A stretch of DNA of 64,000 nt from contig OZ241830.1 in NCBI GenBank assembly GCA_965202585.1, forward strand, positions 31,930,001 to 31,994,000, read 5' to 3'. The DNA comes from Thalia democratica. Its lineage: Eukaryota. Below, one piece after another: positions 12,227 through 25,750 of this stretch. The first letter of the stretch is position 1, and the number at the start of each line of letters is the position of its first letter. A program made the translations under genes and the position numbers. The notes under the pieces are model-generated. The model did no database searches, was not told the origin of the DNA, and saw nothing but the letters and a program-made list of their open reading frames with translations.

Positions 12227-15200
12227 TTTTTTGATTTATTTTTTATTTTCAGTTAATTTGGTTTGTTGCTTGTGCCGTTTTCTTCGTGATCCTGGAACTT
12301 AAATATCTTTAAGCTCTCATTTTTTTAAATGTTTTTATTAGAACTTGTTTTGACTTATAACAATGATAATGAATTATTCTTAGTATATATTTATAAAAAG
12401 GCTTATTTCATTTCTATTAAATAAAATACTGTTAAGAATTTTAAAAATAAAATTGAACTTAAGCAGACAGCAGGCTATATCATTAAAACTTAAGTTTAAA
12501 TTTCTATATACAAGTTGTGTTACTTAAAAAGTTACTTTTTTTGTGTCAGTACTTAAGCATAAGTAGTTCGACTACCTTTCCAGTTAATATTAGTGGAGAT
12601 GTTTACCCTTCCAAACTTTAAAAAAATCTTTTCCTCACATAAACTAATAAATATTACTGAGTTCAGCCAACGAAGTTCGTATAAAATATTGATAAATTGA
12701 GAAGTTTCATTGTGTAGTGTCACGGGAATAGAATGCGTGAGCGTTCCACGACTTTTATGTTATGGCACAGGATTGATAAATACGTAACTTTGACGTGCAC
12801 ATTTCGTTTTCTTTGTTTGGTGACACTGGAGTAGTAGGTGATTTCTGATCACAAAATTAGTAATGTGTATCCCACAATTACTGAATAAAAAAATTAATGA
12901 AAAACTCTCGCAATAACAAGTTTAATAATAAAAATGCTTCTGACCCTAAAAATTGCATGTCTTTTATGCGAAAAGAAAGTACCTTTATCATAGTTTTGAA
13001 CAAAGTATTTGCGCTTTCCAGACGTCTTAAAAACTGTATTAGAATAGCTCTTATCCCTGGTCGTTTAATAACTTTTAGTTTCTTATTTGTTTAAAGTTTA
13101 AATTTTTCAGTTTTAATGTGAAAACAAGTCTGCTGCTGATTAATGCCTGATTTTGAAATAATAGTACCAAAAAGTATATTATTTTACCTGATTATATTTG
13201 AAAAATTATACACACAATTGCTTGTCATAAAACGTTAAGTTTTTTATTTGAAAATAAGAGTTTTTAAAGTTAGAAATTCAAAATAATATAGTTTGTAAAC
13301 TTATTACTACTAAATCACTTGACAAACCACTATCTTTTAAAACACTTCTGTATGTTTTGATTAACTAATAAATAATTATTTTTTTATAAGCTTTAACACT
13401 CGAAGTTAATATATTTATTAAAATAATTAAAGTTATTTAAGACTGAATGTAAATAACAGTCTTAAACTATATATATTTCTTTAGTTGAATATTTGTAATA
13501 TTTATTAGAATTAGTTGACCTATAAATTAATAGAGTAACAAAGACATAGAGTAACTCGGATGTAAATTTACTGTTACAATTTTTGACATTTAACTTAATA
13601 ATGTTATCACTTGACAATTTTTAAACACTTGATTTGTGGTTATTCTACTCGCTTAAAATGAAAAACAAAATTAAGTTTATATTATTTTTTGTTGATATAC
13701 AATGCACTAAGATTAATATAATTAAATAAATATTGAAACTTTTTTTTTTTTATAGTTTTATTATATTTACTTACAAAATTCATTTTTTATTTTAGAAAGT
13801 GTGTTTGGCGTTCGTAAATGTTATTTTTTGTAATATACAACATTTTTAAAGACAAAAGCAGACAATGCTTTAAATTAAACAATCAAAAGTTTTAGGAATC
13901 ATTACATACTTATAAATTCTCTAAAGGAAAATTTTTAAACGTAATTATATAATTGAACTTGACATTGACTTTGAAAACAAAGATTTAAGATTCATTTTTG
14001 CCATTTTACGAGCATTAAGAGAAGCTGAAAATTCACTGTTAACATGCCATGCGAAGTTTCTTACGAGTTAAGTAGTTAAACTAGCAATTTAAAAAGGACT
14101 AGAATATTTTCCGCTTTCTTAAAAACCAAAATTATATATTATAAAATCAAATAATGTAGACAATATATATATACAAGTAAAAAAAATAAAGATAATTAAT
14201 ACGAAAACTACAACAGAAAGACTATACATATAGTAACTCTAAATCATAGAATACTTCTAAGTATGACATAATGAGAATAAACTTAATAAGACAACGAAAG
14301 TTCTACATCGATGCTCAAACCCATAAAATGTCTTATGCATAATATCAACCTTACTGCTACCGCAAAAAATCACAACTGCTCGTGAAGCTACAATCTAAAG
14401 TTTATATAAATATTGTTTGTACACTTTTTAAGCAAACATTAGTGGATCTTTTTAGGCATTAAGTAAGATTGTTAAAAATAGATAAAGCTACTTATACTTT
14501 ATGTTTTTTTATAATTCATTTTAATAAACTAAATTAATAAGCTATTACAGCAAAGTATTTATTATACTGTTTAAATAATTTATTGAAATTAATTAAATGA
14601 TAACAGTTTTTTTAATCTATGTTTACAGAAATATGTTTGATAGTTATTGTATCATTATAGCAATTAATAGTTTAAGATTAATTGTATTATATAACTTATT
14701 TTACTGAAAAATCGTTAAAACTTCATCAATAGATATAGGTCACTATAAGTAAGCAAAACAACTTTAAATCTACAGAGAAAACTAATTATTAAACTACAAG
14801 TTTGCCGAACAATGTGACGTAATATATCAATAATTCGAATTAAGTATTTCTTTTCAAGTTATGTTACAAGAGAACAATAAGACAATTAGTTAATAAAATT
14901 TTTGTTTTTGGTAAAAAAAACTTCAAAGTATTTTTAGCTTCCGTTTTGCTATCGATTTATAGTCAAACGTCAAACTAAATAAATTAAAGCCAGATGTTAT
15001 GAAAATTTAACAATTCTTATTTACTCCTAACGTTTCAGATTTTATCGATAAAAAAAAATCCACTGAAATTTAAATTGATAAGAAAGTTTAAATTTCACGA
15101 CAGTAACTATAAAAATTATCAGATGCTTGTAAAACAAAAACAGCAAGTTTTATTTTGTTATTGCTTGAAAAATTTATTTTTATCAATTTTTTATGTGAAA

Positions 15201-16827
15201 ATTTTAAAAAACTGTCAACCGGTACTCCTATTTGTTTTTGATTAAAGTACAATTAACTGCTAAAATTTTATCTAAAAAAATTTAATTTTTATATGACGGG
15301 AATTTATCAGTAACAGGTGCGGTTTAAATAATTTAAACTCCTTCCGTTGTGTTAACAAGCTTTAAAAACATTGTTAAAAAGCGATTTAAAGTTAAGCTAT
15401 AAGATTGTATCGTAATAGTTTATAGTCTGAAAACAAATCTTCTTAAAGTTATTGAGTATTATGTAGTTATTATACTTAAACTGTAGTTATAAAACACTAA
15501 AACATTCTAAATTTCTTATACTCCTAGTGAAAAACACATTAACAATAATAACAACAACAAAATAGTACACATGACATAGTTAACTAGGTTGTAAATGAAA
15601 ACAACAAAACTTTTTTTTGATATAATATTTGCAATTTTTTTATGGTTTTTTGTCATATCTTTGAATTTAATAACTTTTTGTTATTTATTTTACAAACTAA
15701 AGAAATGAATATAAAATAACTTAAAAAACTAGTATGTGGTAGTAACAAACAAAAAAAAAATCTTTAATTGTTTCGATATTTTGAAAAAAAAAATCAACTT
15801 AATTTTAAGTATAACTATGCAAATTAATCCATATTAATAGTTTCCGAGTAAAACGGGGAAAATTTATAACCTAAACCGCAAACACTTGAACAAATTTAAT
15901 TTGCACTCAAGTCAGTTCTGAATGTTACTAAACTACACATTATGTCAATTCTAATTAAAAAGTTATTTTATACATGTTATAACCTCACTAGTTTAATTAT
16001 TGTTATATTAAATACTTCTTGTTTAAAATTATTGTTTTATAGTTATGATGTAAAACACAAACAAAGTATAAAAAAAATCAAAAACCTAATTTAATTGATT
16101 GAAGTTTTAATCTTGAAACCAACAATTATTAGGTGAATTCATTACTGTAAGTATTAATCGAAAAATAGGATTTGTTTCAAACGAAGGTTTACTTTAGATG
16201 TCTTTAGAATTTGTTTTGAAAATGTTTTGTCTATTTTTAAAATCAAAATATTTAATTTTTAACCAACTTAAATAACATAAATGAAACCATATAAATTTTA
16301 CATTTCTAACTTATAAGTTAACATTTTAAGGTATTATAATATAAAATATTTAAATATGTAAAAAATTGAATACTTATTATTTATGTAATTATTGTAACAA
16401 GTAGTGGTGCCTGAAAAAGATTAAACAAGTTTTAGTTAATGGCAAAAAATGTATTTAATGTTTATAAAATGTTGAAATAGTAACTAACAGTTAGATTGAT
16501 GTACATCCGAATGAGCTGAATTATTCAAAAAACATCTTTTTATGGTTGAAGATGTTTGGTCAAACCTATAAAAAATCCCAGTCACAACCTCTTCGTGGCC
16601 GTCCATTCACAATTTTCTTCAACGAAATCAGTTGGTTTCCTTGGTTCCCATGTCCAGTCCCTGGCCGGGTCGGTTGTCCATTCCTCTGAGCGGTTCCACT
16701 GTCCATCTTTTATGTTCTAGGTTGTCAGTTTTTGCGTAGTTTGATGTTCATTTGCTTGTGGTTCGATAGTTATTTGTCTTCGTGGGCGCATTCGACTATT
16801 AATCTTAAAGGTGATAGGTTTGTAGGC

Positions 16828-16845
16828 CGTTGTGGAGTTACGCCA
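16828..16845 (-). other. Primer-binding site of copy 1 (TGGCGTAACTCCACAACG)
   Basis: Starts with TGG immediately after the 5' LTR CA on the minus strand. It is identical in copy 2 (57681-57698). The priming tRNA is not identified. Confidence 0.75.
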
Positions 16846-17494
16846 TGTAACCGTCATCAATAACGATGTTGTTAGGTTGGTTTAGCTGCTCTTAAATATG
16901 ATAACAAGAAATGGTTATTTAAAGTTTTACAGACGTTCAGATGGAACGCAGGCTTAATTTGATATACTAGTACTTAATATAGAAACAATGCTAAAAACTA
17001 GTTATAAGTACACGTTTTATATATTTACAAAATTAATAAAAGCATTGTGAAGTAAGTGAAATAGATGTAAGAAAACGAAGTGCTATAAACAACTACCAAC
17101 AACTTCTTTAAGAGTCGCGTAAGCACGCTAACTAAGTGATAAATATTCTCTTGAATATGTTTAACATTGAAAATGGACTCGACGATAAAGTTTTCTATCC
17201 TCGTTTAATTAACACAAGTCTTCAATATGCTTCGTTCGCCTTGCTGGCTCTCTCGCCTCTCCGTCGTTGTGCTGTTTCCACGTCGTTGTGTACGTTCTCT
17301 CCCCCGGCAGTAATCCGGCCGACTCGCGTCTGCAAGCCAAGTTTTAAACTCTTTCTCTCAAATTTACTTCACGCTTCTTTTTCTCATTTTCTATTCTCAA
17401 TACCAGTTGTGACGTCACTGAAAACATTGAAATTCTTTAACTTTAACTCTTCTGAAATAAACGAAACATAAAATGAAATGATTGGTTCGTTACA
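16846..17494 (-). repeat. 5' LTR of copy 1
   Basis: Direct repeat of 9984-10633 with TGTAAC..GTTACA termini. Confidence 0.92.
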
Positions 17495-18554
17495 CTGCAC
17501 ATTAGACTTGAACTTAAATAAGTGGTAAGCCTCCTAAAAACGAAAGTTTGAGTAGTTACTTCAGCAGTAAAGATTAGGCTGCCTCTACTTAAAAGCATTA
17601 CAAAGTAAAACAAGGGAAGACCAATTGCAGGCAGCATTGTTAATACATCTAATCCAAGCAGATCTGTTAAAATGGACAAGTTGACTAAACTTTTTAAAAG
17701 CAATAGACTAAAACAAAGTAGTGGAAGTCGTTCGGCTAAAAAATACACAAAATTATAAAGTAGAAAGATATAGAAATCCTATGAAGAAAAGTTTTATTTC
17801 CTCTTTAAAACACCCGAATGATTTTACAAAAAAGAATGTAAACAAAAGTGAGTAGAAGAGAAAACTAGGTATTTAGTGAGTAAAAATTCAGTAAATAAGT
17901 TTGAAGACTTTGTTATTAACTATTACAACAAAACCACATAACATCAAAAGGTGGAAACATAAAAGTTAATTACATAGCAAATAAAAAGTCAAACAAAAAG
18001 AAGTTCAAGAAGTAACGATGAAGCACCTAATAATGTTTATGAAAATGTTCATGTAAACCTTGTGTTATTGTACCTGACTGTATTTGCAATAATGCTGATA
18101 CTATTTCAACTTCAATGTGAACCATACTATACAACACAAACATAATAGTTAAATTAAAAAAAATAACATAAATCTTTAAGTACTCAAAGTAATTTTGTGT
18201 AGTTGTTAAAAACTTCTATTTTGATAAAAATATGTTTTTTTTCGGACAGATTTCGAATTTAGCTGCCTTTAAGCTTACAAAATGTTTAAACTTCACGAGC
18301 AAATAAGAAAAATAAAACTTTTTTAATCCTTGAAAATATGCAGAGTTCATTTAATTCACTAAAACATTTTATATTAGTTTAACAAATAGTTCAAATTAAG
18401 ATATAAATTAATACAAAAGTTTTAAAATACTATCTTAAGGTGATATTTAGAGTTGCTAACAACAGCTGCGAACAATAGTTATTTATAAAGTACTCTAAAT
18501 TAAAAATAACAGTCATATTATCGTTTAAAATTTATTTTGTACAAATTACGTTAA

Positions 18555-19613
18555 CTAAATAATTTTTTCACGCAAATACCTAGCAAACTTTGAAAACTTC
18601 TCATAGTCAACACCAGATGGTTCTATTTCAATAAGAAATCTCGGTTTGACCAAGCTATCATCTGCAACATACTCGTCTACCAAACTGAGACCCGGTATGT
18701 TTTTGTGATATCTTCGTTCGGTGTCTGCTTTCATTTTACTGTCTGGACTGTCCTGATGCATGTGTTTGCAAAACGGGTGTTTTGGCGCTGCGTAGTTATC
18801 ACTCAGCTTGTGGTAGCTCTCATACTTTTCAATTTTTAACCTCTTCGTTTTAGAAACTTCGTTTACAAAAACGTATGTTTCAATGGAGTTGCTCCTGCAA
18901 AAAGTTTCAATCCAGTTATTTAGAGTTTTCCTTATCGAGTACATCACAGCTATGTCTATCGACTCTGTCATATAAACTCCCCTTCCAAAGCACCCGTAAG
19001 GCGAATTTTTGTAACCTTTGCTCAAAATCTTTTTGGTGCATTCCAAGCTGGTGCCGTGCAGCATCATGTAGTTGTCGAACTTATAATCGTCGGAATCGAA
19101 GCCGTCGCAATTTACCTTGTAAACTTTCGCATGTTTCAGGTCAACAAATGAATCCGGTTCTTCGCAACGTGCTTGTTCCAAGTATTGCTTTATCAAGGCG
19201 TATTCACTAGGGTTTGTTTGTGAGTCAATAGGCATCAGTGTAAATTTTTGAGCTGTTTCATCATCCTCTTGCTGATATTTTGCTAATACATTGTCAACAG
19301 ATACTGCATTCTTTATAAACTTTGAACATTCAAAAGGTTTTAAAGTAGGTTTGAGTTTTGCAGCATCTTTTTTCTTATTATCTTTTCTTTTGCGGCAGCG
19401 TCTATTTCTTTGCTGAGCAGGAAGCATTTCACTCCTTTGTTTACTCCTGTTTTTGTCAACTCCTTTTACCTGTTTTTTTACTGGTGCAGAATTGCTCTTG
19501 CCTCTGCATATCTCTCTTTTTCTTAGTTTATTACGAACATAACTTTGAGCTGAGGCATAATCGTCACCACGTTTTTCAGCTCTAATTGTAGTTTTCTTGT
19601 TTTTATCAGCACC
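18555..19613 (-). CDS. PARP-like ADP-ribosyltransferase, catalytic domain with basic N-tail, paralog 1
   Basis: Motifs LHGT, FGRGVY, VMYS, FVNEV and VDEYV..KPRFLIE match the PARP H-Y-E signature. The frame stays open and homologous to paralog 2 for 62 codons upstream of the ATG at 19427, back to an acceptor-like tttcttttcaaag|GGT at 19613. The true start is uncertain. Confidence 0.8.
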   Translation of the reverse strand, partial: GADKNKKTTIRAEKRGDDYASAQSYVRNKLRKREICRGKSNSAPVKKQVKGVDKNRSKQRSEMLPAQQRNRRCRKRKDNKKKDAAKLKPTLKPFECSKFIKNAVSVDNVLAKYQQEDDETAQKFTLMPIDSQTNPSEYALIKQYLEQARCEEPDSFVDLKHAKVYKVNCDGFDSDDYKFDNYMMLHGTSLECTKKILSKGYKNSPYGCFGRGVYMTESIDIAVMYSIRKTLNNWIETFCRSNSIETYVFVNEVSKTKRLKIEKYESYHKLSDNYAAPKHPFCKHMHQDSPDSKMKADTERRYHKNIPGLSLVDEYVADDSLVKPRFLIEIEPSGVDYEKFSKFARYLREKII

Positions 19614-20186
19614 CTTTGAAAAGAAACTATTTGTTATTTTATAATTACGTCAAAGCATTTTACAGTCAGTAATTAAACTTAGTTTATGTTTTGTAATTAT
19701 CTATAATCTATATTTAAAACATTTTTATATCTTTAAAAAAGTTGTGAAACAAATTATTATTTCAAGTAATTAAAAAAAAAGTAAGTTAATGTATTATGAC
19801 ATTTAATTTAATTTCATCATAATGAAAATAGAATTTATTTAATTGACACGATAACTCCTTTTATCGGAGTTGAAAATTTTTGAGGCAAAAAGCAAGGCTG
19901 GTTGCAAACAATGACTTAGGTTCTTTTAAACTTATGAGAGCAATAAATTGTATGAACAAAAAGATGAAAAAAAGTATAATGATTGAATATTTAATAATAT
20001 AAAAGTTAAAGCAAAACAGTTTGAAAAAAATATATAACCAAAAAAAAACAAGTAGTGTTTAATACTAGGTTTTTATTTTCTGTTTTTTGTATCCAAAATT
20101 TAGTAATTTAAAGTAATTTTGTTAGAATATGTCAAGTTGATATAATATTTTAAACAGTTTGTCTTAAGAAAAACAGTGAGCTTAAA

Positions 20187-20509
20187 GGGAAACTGGTCTA
20201 AATAGCACGAAAAAAAAACTTCACGATGTTACTAAATTTGCAAAAGGGGACCAAATTGCAAGATAACAAAATGGCACAAGTAAACGAAATTGCACAAAGA
20301 AAATAAATAGAAACAAATATAATTAATTCATATAAAATTAAATGAAAAAAATAACTAGTGCAAAAATTACTTCATGCAAAAATATCTGCTCGTGCAAAAG
20401 TGTCTTATTGCAAAAATTACTCTTTGTTCAAAATTATCTTTGTGCAATTTTATCCTCTCGTGCAAAAGTAGACTCGTGCAATTTCGTGCTCTTGAGAAAT
20501 TTTCTCCCC
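20187..20509. mobile_element. Degenerate foldback/MITE with TGCACGA subterminal repeats
   Basis: Left end gggaaactggtctaaatagcacga followed by tgcac motifs; inverted cgtgcaa motifs at 20390-20490; no clear TSD. Confidence 0.5.
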
Positions 20510-21625
20510 TCATTTAATTTTGGAAATTACCCTTTTATAAAGTTCAAACTATAATAATTATAAGTCACTTTAAATGTATTGTTATAAGTTATTAAAAACG
20601 AGTCAAAATTTACTATTATTAAAATGAACCTGTAATGCATTGGTAATGCATCCCTGATATTAAATCTTGAATATCAAAATGAAGCTGTACAGCGAATCAT
20701 AATCAACAAATTGGTAATTTTAAATCACTTATAATTAAGTATATAACTGCTTTTTCATGATGCAATTTAAGTTGGGAAACAAACTAATTGTCTTATATAA
20801 CTGGCTGGCTTGCAGTCACTTCAGTGGTGTCAGTCTACTAATCCTGTATTTGTGTTTTGGTAAGTGGAATCAGTTCACTTATAGTTTATTTGATTTGAAC
20901 TTGTTGGTCTTTGGAACTCAAGTTCTTTATTTGGATTTGAGCTGTTACATTGGAACCCAGCAGTTAGTTTCCAGTTCAAAATAAAATAACATTTTTAACT
21001 GCTTATTTATACAATTTTATTAGGGCTAATTTAAACTATTCACTGCTAAGTTTTTATATTCGGCTAATTTGTCAATTTTTTAGATTTGTAATTATTGTAT
21101 TGATTTAAAAAATTATTAAATTCATTATATTAAATTGCCTTGTTTTGATTTTATTTATTAACTGACTCAAAAGTATACCGAAAATGGACCCTAATTATAT
21201 AACTTCCTCTAGACTAGATGTAGCAAAGCTACCCTCTAGAAAACCTTCCCCACAGTTTAGCCTGGCCTCTAATGTGTCCACAACTCCGAGGCACTCCCCC
21301 GTAAATTACAGACTTTAAATACTTTAAAACAACTTCAGTCAGCCAGTTCGTGTAGTAAGTCTGCGTACTAAGCTAAGTTTTTCTACATGTACATAGAAAA
21401 GGTCTAGGTTTCAGTTTTTCTTCGGTTATTTAGATATTTACATAGCTGAGCTGTAATTAATTAATGCGTACTTTTACCTAATTAAAGCTTGAAATTCGAG
21501 TCTTCAATTAGTGATAAAATGATCATTTTAATGCATTGGATCTTTAGCATCTGTTTTTTTTATCAGAAGGCTATAATGACTTAAATTTTGTAAGATATTT
21601 TGATTAACATTTTTAATTTTAGAGC

Positions 21626-22072
21626 AACTTGGCTTGGATGGATTTTTTTTAACTTTTTATTTTAAACTTTATTAATTAATTAATTCATAAACTTTAAAAC
21701 TTTTTTTTTTCGATTTCTATAAAATCTAAAAATCTATAAAAAAAAATTTTCGATTTTCGATTAAAATAAAAAATTAATAACATCCTAAAACTTAATTAAA
21801 TAAGTATGTTATTAAAAAAAAATTAACATAAGAATTTATTTTTGCAGAAAATTGTTGCAAAGTTAAAAAATGCTAAAAAACATTAAACTTTTAAAGGGGC
21901 CCCCACTACAAAAGTAAAACCCCAAATCGATAAAATTTATTGTGAAAAGCTAAGCAAAAGAACGTTCTTTAGAATAAAAAAAATTTCCAGTTAGCATTAA
22001 AGAAATTGAAAATAATTGGTTTTATAGTTTGGTTAGAAAAAAAATTACAAAAAAAGCCATCCAAGCCAAGTT
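21626..22072. mobile_element. MITE with 16-bp perfect TIR AACTTGGCTTGGATGG
   Basis: TIRs at 21626-21641 and 22057-22072. The right side reads ..CCAAG|TTAA. The TSD is not clean, so the superfamily is unassigned. Confidence 0.7.
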
Positions 22073-22083
22073 AACGCTTGTTT

Positions 22084-22395
22084 TTAATTTCCTCTTTTGC
22101 AGTGAATTGCATATTTTTTAGCAAAACGCTGTACAACTTTAATACTGTTAATTTCTTTTACCTGGTTTTTCACTTTAGCTGAAGCGTTGTTTCCTCTGTG
22201 TATTACTCTTTTCCGTAGTTTTTTACCAACATCATTAAAATGAGCTGAGGAATTATTGTAACCAGGTTTTTTAACTTTTATTGCGGTTTTCTTGTTTGTA
22301 CCAGCACCAACTTGGTTCTTGGTAGCGTCAGCTGCCAGTACTTTACTGTTGTCTGATATCTCTGAGTAACCCAAAAGACTTATTTTTGTACTCAT
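22084..22395 (-). pseudogene. 5'-only paralog of the PARP-like genes (N-terminal basic region, no catalytic domain); possibly exon 1 of paralog 1
   Basis: MSTKISLLGYSEISDNSKVLAADATK..GAGTNKK..VKNQVK aligns with the N-terminus of 48728-49873. The upstream 22396-22800 resembles 49874-50250. Confidence 0.7.
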
Positions 22396-22882
22396 GATTT
22401 AGTTATTGTTTATTACAACTTCAAAGTATCAATTATAATTTCACTATTTAAGTTTTAAGAGCTTTTCTTGCAAAATAAATCTTATGTTAAATTAGGGGTA
22501 TATGTTTTAATTTTAATTAAGCATTTTATTTATTTTTGCTGATTTTTCTATTGTTTTAGTTGCTAAATATTTTTTCCGGAATTAACTAGTCTAACAATAT
22601 TAAAATACTATTTCTGAAAGTTGTTTTATATTACCTCAATATTTACTTAACTCTCAATCTTTAACTTTAGCTTTGGCAAAACTAGAAATTTAAAGCACAC
22701 TAAAAAATTATTTATTTATAGTTAATTTGTTAACTTGTATTTGTAACAATTAAAAATGTTAAAACAATAATAATTAAAGTTTACAATTAAATGCATAAAA
22801 CATAATTAGTATTTAAAAAATTCAATCAAATACTTATTGAAAAAAATTAATATGATTAAAACTGCTACTAACTATCAAAATT

Positions 22883-23440
22883 GGGAACGGTTCTAAATTA
22901 CACGAAGACAAAATTGCACGAGAACTAAGTTCCACGAGGAAACGAAATTGCACGAAGATGATTATGCATCAAGGGTCAATTTTGCATGAGAGTAAAATAA
23001 CATAGATAAAAACTCAAAGAAAAAATATATATTAAAAAAAAAGCTATAGACCGAGGGTTAGGAGTAACAGTGATAGTAAAAAAAATATTAAAAAAATTAA
23101 ACTAAAAGAAAACTAAAAATTTAAAAATAGAAAAAAAAAGCTTACCGACTGAGGGTAATGGTAAGGAATAAAAGTTACAATATAAAAAAAACTAAATTAA
23201 AAAAAAAATTCTTAAATTTTCGGAGAAACTGAAACAAAAAACTTAATCAGTGTAAAAATGTCTGTGTGCAACACTTTCAACTTGTTTAAAAGTGTCTTAG
23301 TGCAATAGTGACCCTTCATGAAAAAGTATTTTCGTGCAATTGTGTGCCCTCGTGCAAATTAGTCTTTGTGTAAAAGTATATTCGTGAAATTCTGTCTCCT
23401 CGTGCAATTTTGTACGCTCGTGTAAGTTAGACAGCTACCC
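22883..23440. mobile_element. Foldback/Mutator-like MITE with TGCACGA repeats
   Basis: Ends are gggaacggttctaaattacacga and (reverse complement) gggtagctgtctaacttacacga. Flanks atcaaaatt and attttaatt match 6/9. Confidence 0.65.
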
Positions 23441-23810
23441 ATTTTAATTACTTTATTATTTTTTGTAGCCATACACTACAATACTACGTACTTCTTATAA
23501 TTATTTTTAATGAAGTTTTCTAACTTAAACCTTATTGTACACTATCTCTAATGTAATATTTAGTTATTTGATATCATTAGTTTTAAACAAATTTAAATAC
23601 TTCTAATTAGTTTTACAGCTCTAGTAAATAAAGGAACATAAAGTTCAGTTTGTTGAAATTACGCTTTTTTTGAATTTTTTTCTAAAAAAGAAGTAAAAAC
23701 TTTTTTAAATTTCAAACTAAAATTTAACAATGTGAAATTTGCTAATCTAATATTATGTATTAGAAAAGTACTGTTAAACATAAAAAGATTGAAAGTAATA
23801 ATTAGAATAG

Positions 23811-24195
23811 GTGCACGACAAATAGTATTCTGACAACTGTAATTTTAAGATTTCAAACTTTTTCATAAATGGACAAAACTTATAAAAATATTTTATTATA
23901 AAATAAAAAAGTATGTAAGTCTAATAAATACCTTCTAACAATTCTACTTTTAGTTAAAAATTTCTGACTTTATTTAGAGATATAGCTAGAATAAATTACA
24001 AATTATACTTTGTTTTACATTTTTTTCTTTTAATATTTCTTATATTCAGTGTTTTTTATATCTAAATATTAATTGATCTACTACAACTTTTTTTAAATAC
24101 TTAATACTTTTTGAGATATTATATATAAAGCATTTTTTTTAAGAATCAGAGTTGTCGTATTTTTAATTGTCAGAATCTGAATTGTGTAATAACCA
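23811..24195. mobile_element. Degenerate short foldback of the ..GACAA-repeat family
   Basis: Left ggtgcacgacaaatagtattctgacaac resembles the 62729 terminus; inverted gttgtc/ttgtcagaat motifs at 24150-24190. Confidence 0.4.
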
Positions 24196-24829
24196 ATTGG
24201 AATTTTTTTACACTGAAACTTTTCTTAAGTTGACTTTTTAAAATTTCATTAACAATAAACTGAAAGCTTTTAAACATTAATACTTTTTACAGAGTAATAA
24301 ACTTCAATTCATTACATAGCAATGAATAAATCAAATAAAAAACTTTTGATTCAAAATATGAACTTTTTTACAACTTTCTGATAACTAATTTTTTTAGGTA
24401 TGCTTAATTTTTATTTAAAAGACTCATTGAAACCGATTATTTTATAAACATAAAGTGACATACTTATAAATCTGAATTGGCTGTTTGTACATAAGTTGAG
24501 CACCTATTAAAAATCGATTAGCAAGTAATAACATATCAAAAATCATTAAAATACTACTCTTTTAGATAGTTTTAGATAATCAACAACTTACTACGGCAAA
24601 TATCAAATCTATAAGACTAAAATCTGTGACTCACATAACATTAAAGGTACACTTATACTGCAATTAAAAATAACACAATAAACAATTATAAATAATATAA
24701 ATAAATTAAACTAGTTAATTAATATTAATAAAAATAAAGATAATTTTTAATTAGAGCTACAAAAATTAACTTTTAATATAAAATCAAAATAAAATAAACT
24801 GTTAAAACGTACTATTAAGATTGCAGCAT

Positions 24830-25750
24830 TTGAAAAACAGACATTAATATAACGAAAAAAATCTATTGAAAGTCATACCTATGGCCTCAATAATATTTCC
24901 AATATGTTTCAGCATTTTACAGGCCTTTGCTGTCTTAGATACAAAGATATGTTGTCTTTGTTTTCATTGTATTATTAAGATTAAAGAGACATACATAAAT
25001 TTAATATGATTCATTTTACATAAATTAATCACAGTTTTTTGTGACTTTGTGGACTAAATATTTCAGTTCAACTTTTACTTTGCGTACTAGTTTTGTCAGT
25101 TCTCTTTTGATTTTTTAGATTAATTTTTTTTTAATTTTTTGTGACTTTATTGAATCAAACTGATACTATATCCTTTGTGACTTATTTGACTTAAATTATT
25201 TCTCCTACTGTTTGTCTTTTAAGGCTTTGAATTGTGTTTTTGTACTTTTTGATTTACTTTGGCTAAATATTTTTACCTACTTTTTGTGACTAAAAAACTT
25301 GTGTTGTGCCAATACCTCTTATTGTTTGGTTTATAATTTCCCTCTTGCATTATATGACCCCTAATTGCCTTAAGTTTTTATCGAGCCCCTATGTCTTTCT
25401 AATTTGATTATACAAACAGGGTTTTAAAAACTAGGCAGGTGGAAAATATGAGTATTGCTTCTTAAAAGTTCAATACAATCTATATTGTAGAATTTCTCTA
25501 AATGTGCTGTTAGTTAATGCAACAATAAAAAAAAATAATAAAATTTGAAAATGTTAGATAACTATTTGACAAATGTTTAAAAAAAAATTAATACAAGTGA
25601 AATCTTTTGGTTAAGATACTTTCTTGGTTTTGTTCAACTGTTACCTAAAGACTGTTGGTTCTTTATTTGGAGCGCAAAGTAACCCACAGAAAATTGAGGG
25701 TATGGTTGTAGTATATTGTACGACCAAACTATAAAGCATAATGCATATCA
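24830..25750. repeat. Block A/B repeat, copy 2
   Basis: Colinear with 6950-7900. Confidence 0.6.

Larger units (their letters stand above)
9984..17494 (-). mobile_element. Non-autonomous LTR retrotransposon (LARD-like), copy 1, 7511 bp
   Basis: Two ~650 bp direct repeats, each TGTAAC..GTTACA. A 4-bp TSD CTGC lies at 9980-9983 and 17495-17498. The minus-strand PBS (TGGCG..) abuts the right LTR and the PPT abuts the left LTR. There is no gag/pol ORF inside. Confidence 0.92.

Noticed and set aside
11530-12302. Three overlapping 217-243 aa S/H/L-rich ORFs
   Set aside because: Artefact of a stop-free pyrimidine-rich strand of a 32-bp repeat. All three frames cycle through the same peptide, on the element's antisense strand.
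16560-16790. Short minus-strand frame after the PBS (MRPRRQITIEP..) as a gag remnant
   Set aside because: It stops after 24 codons in copy 1 and 15 in copy 2, and the downstream frame is not conserved.
21378-21407. Hairpin followed by CTAG as a Helitron 3' end
   Set aside because: The stem is AT-rich, and no matching 5' TC end or second copy was seen.
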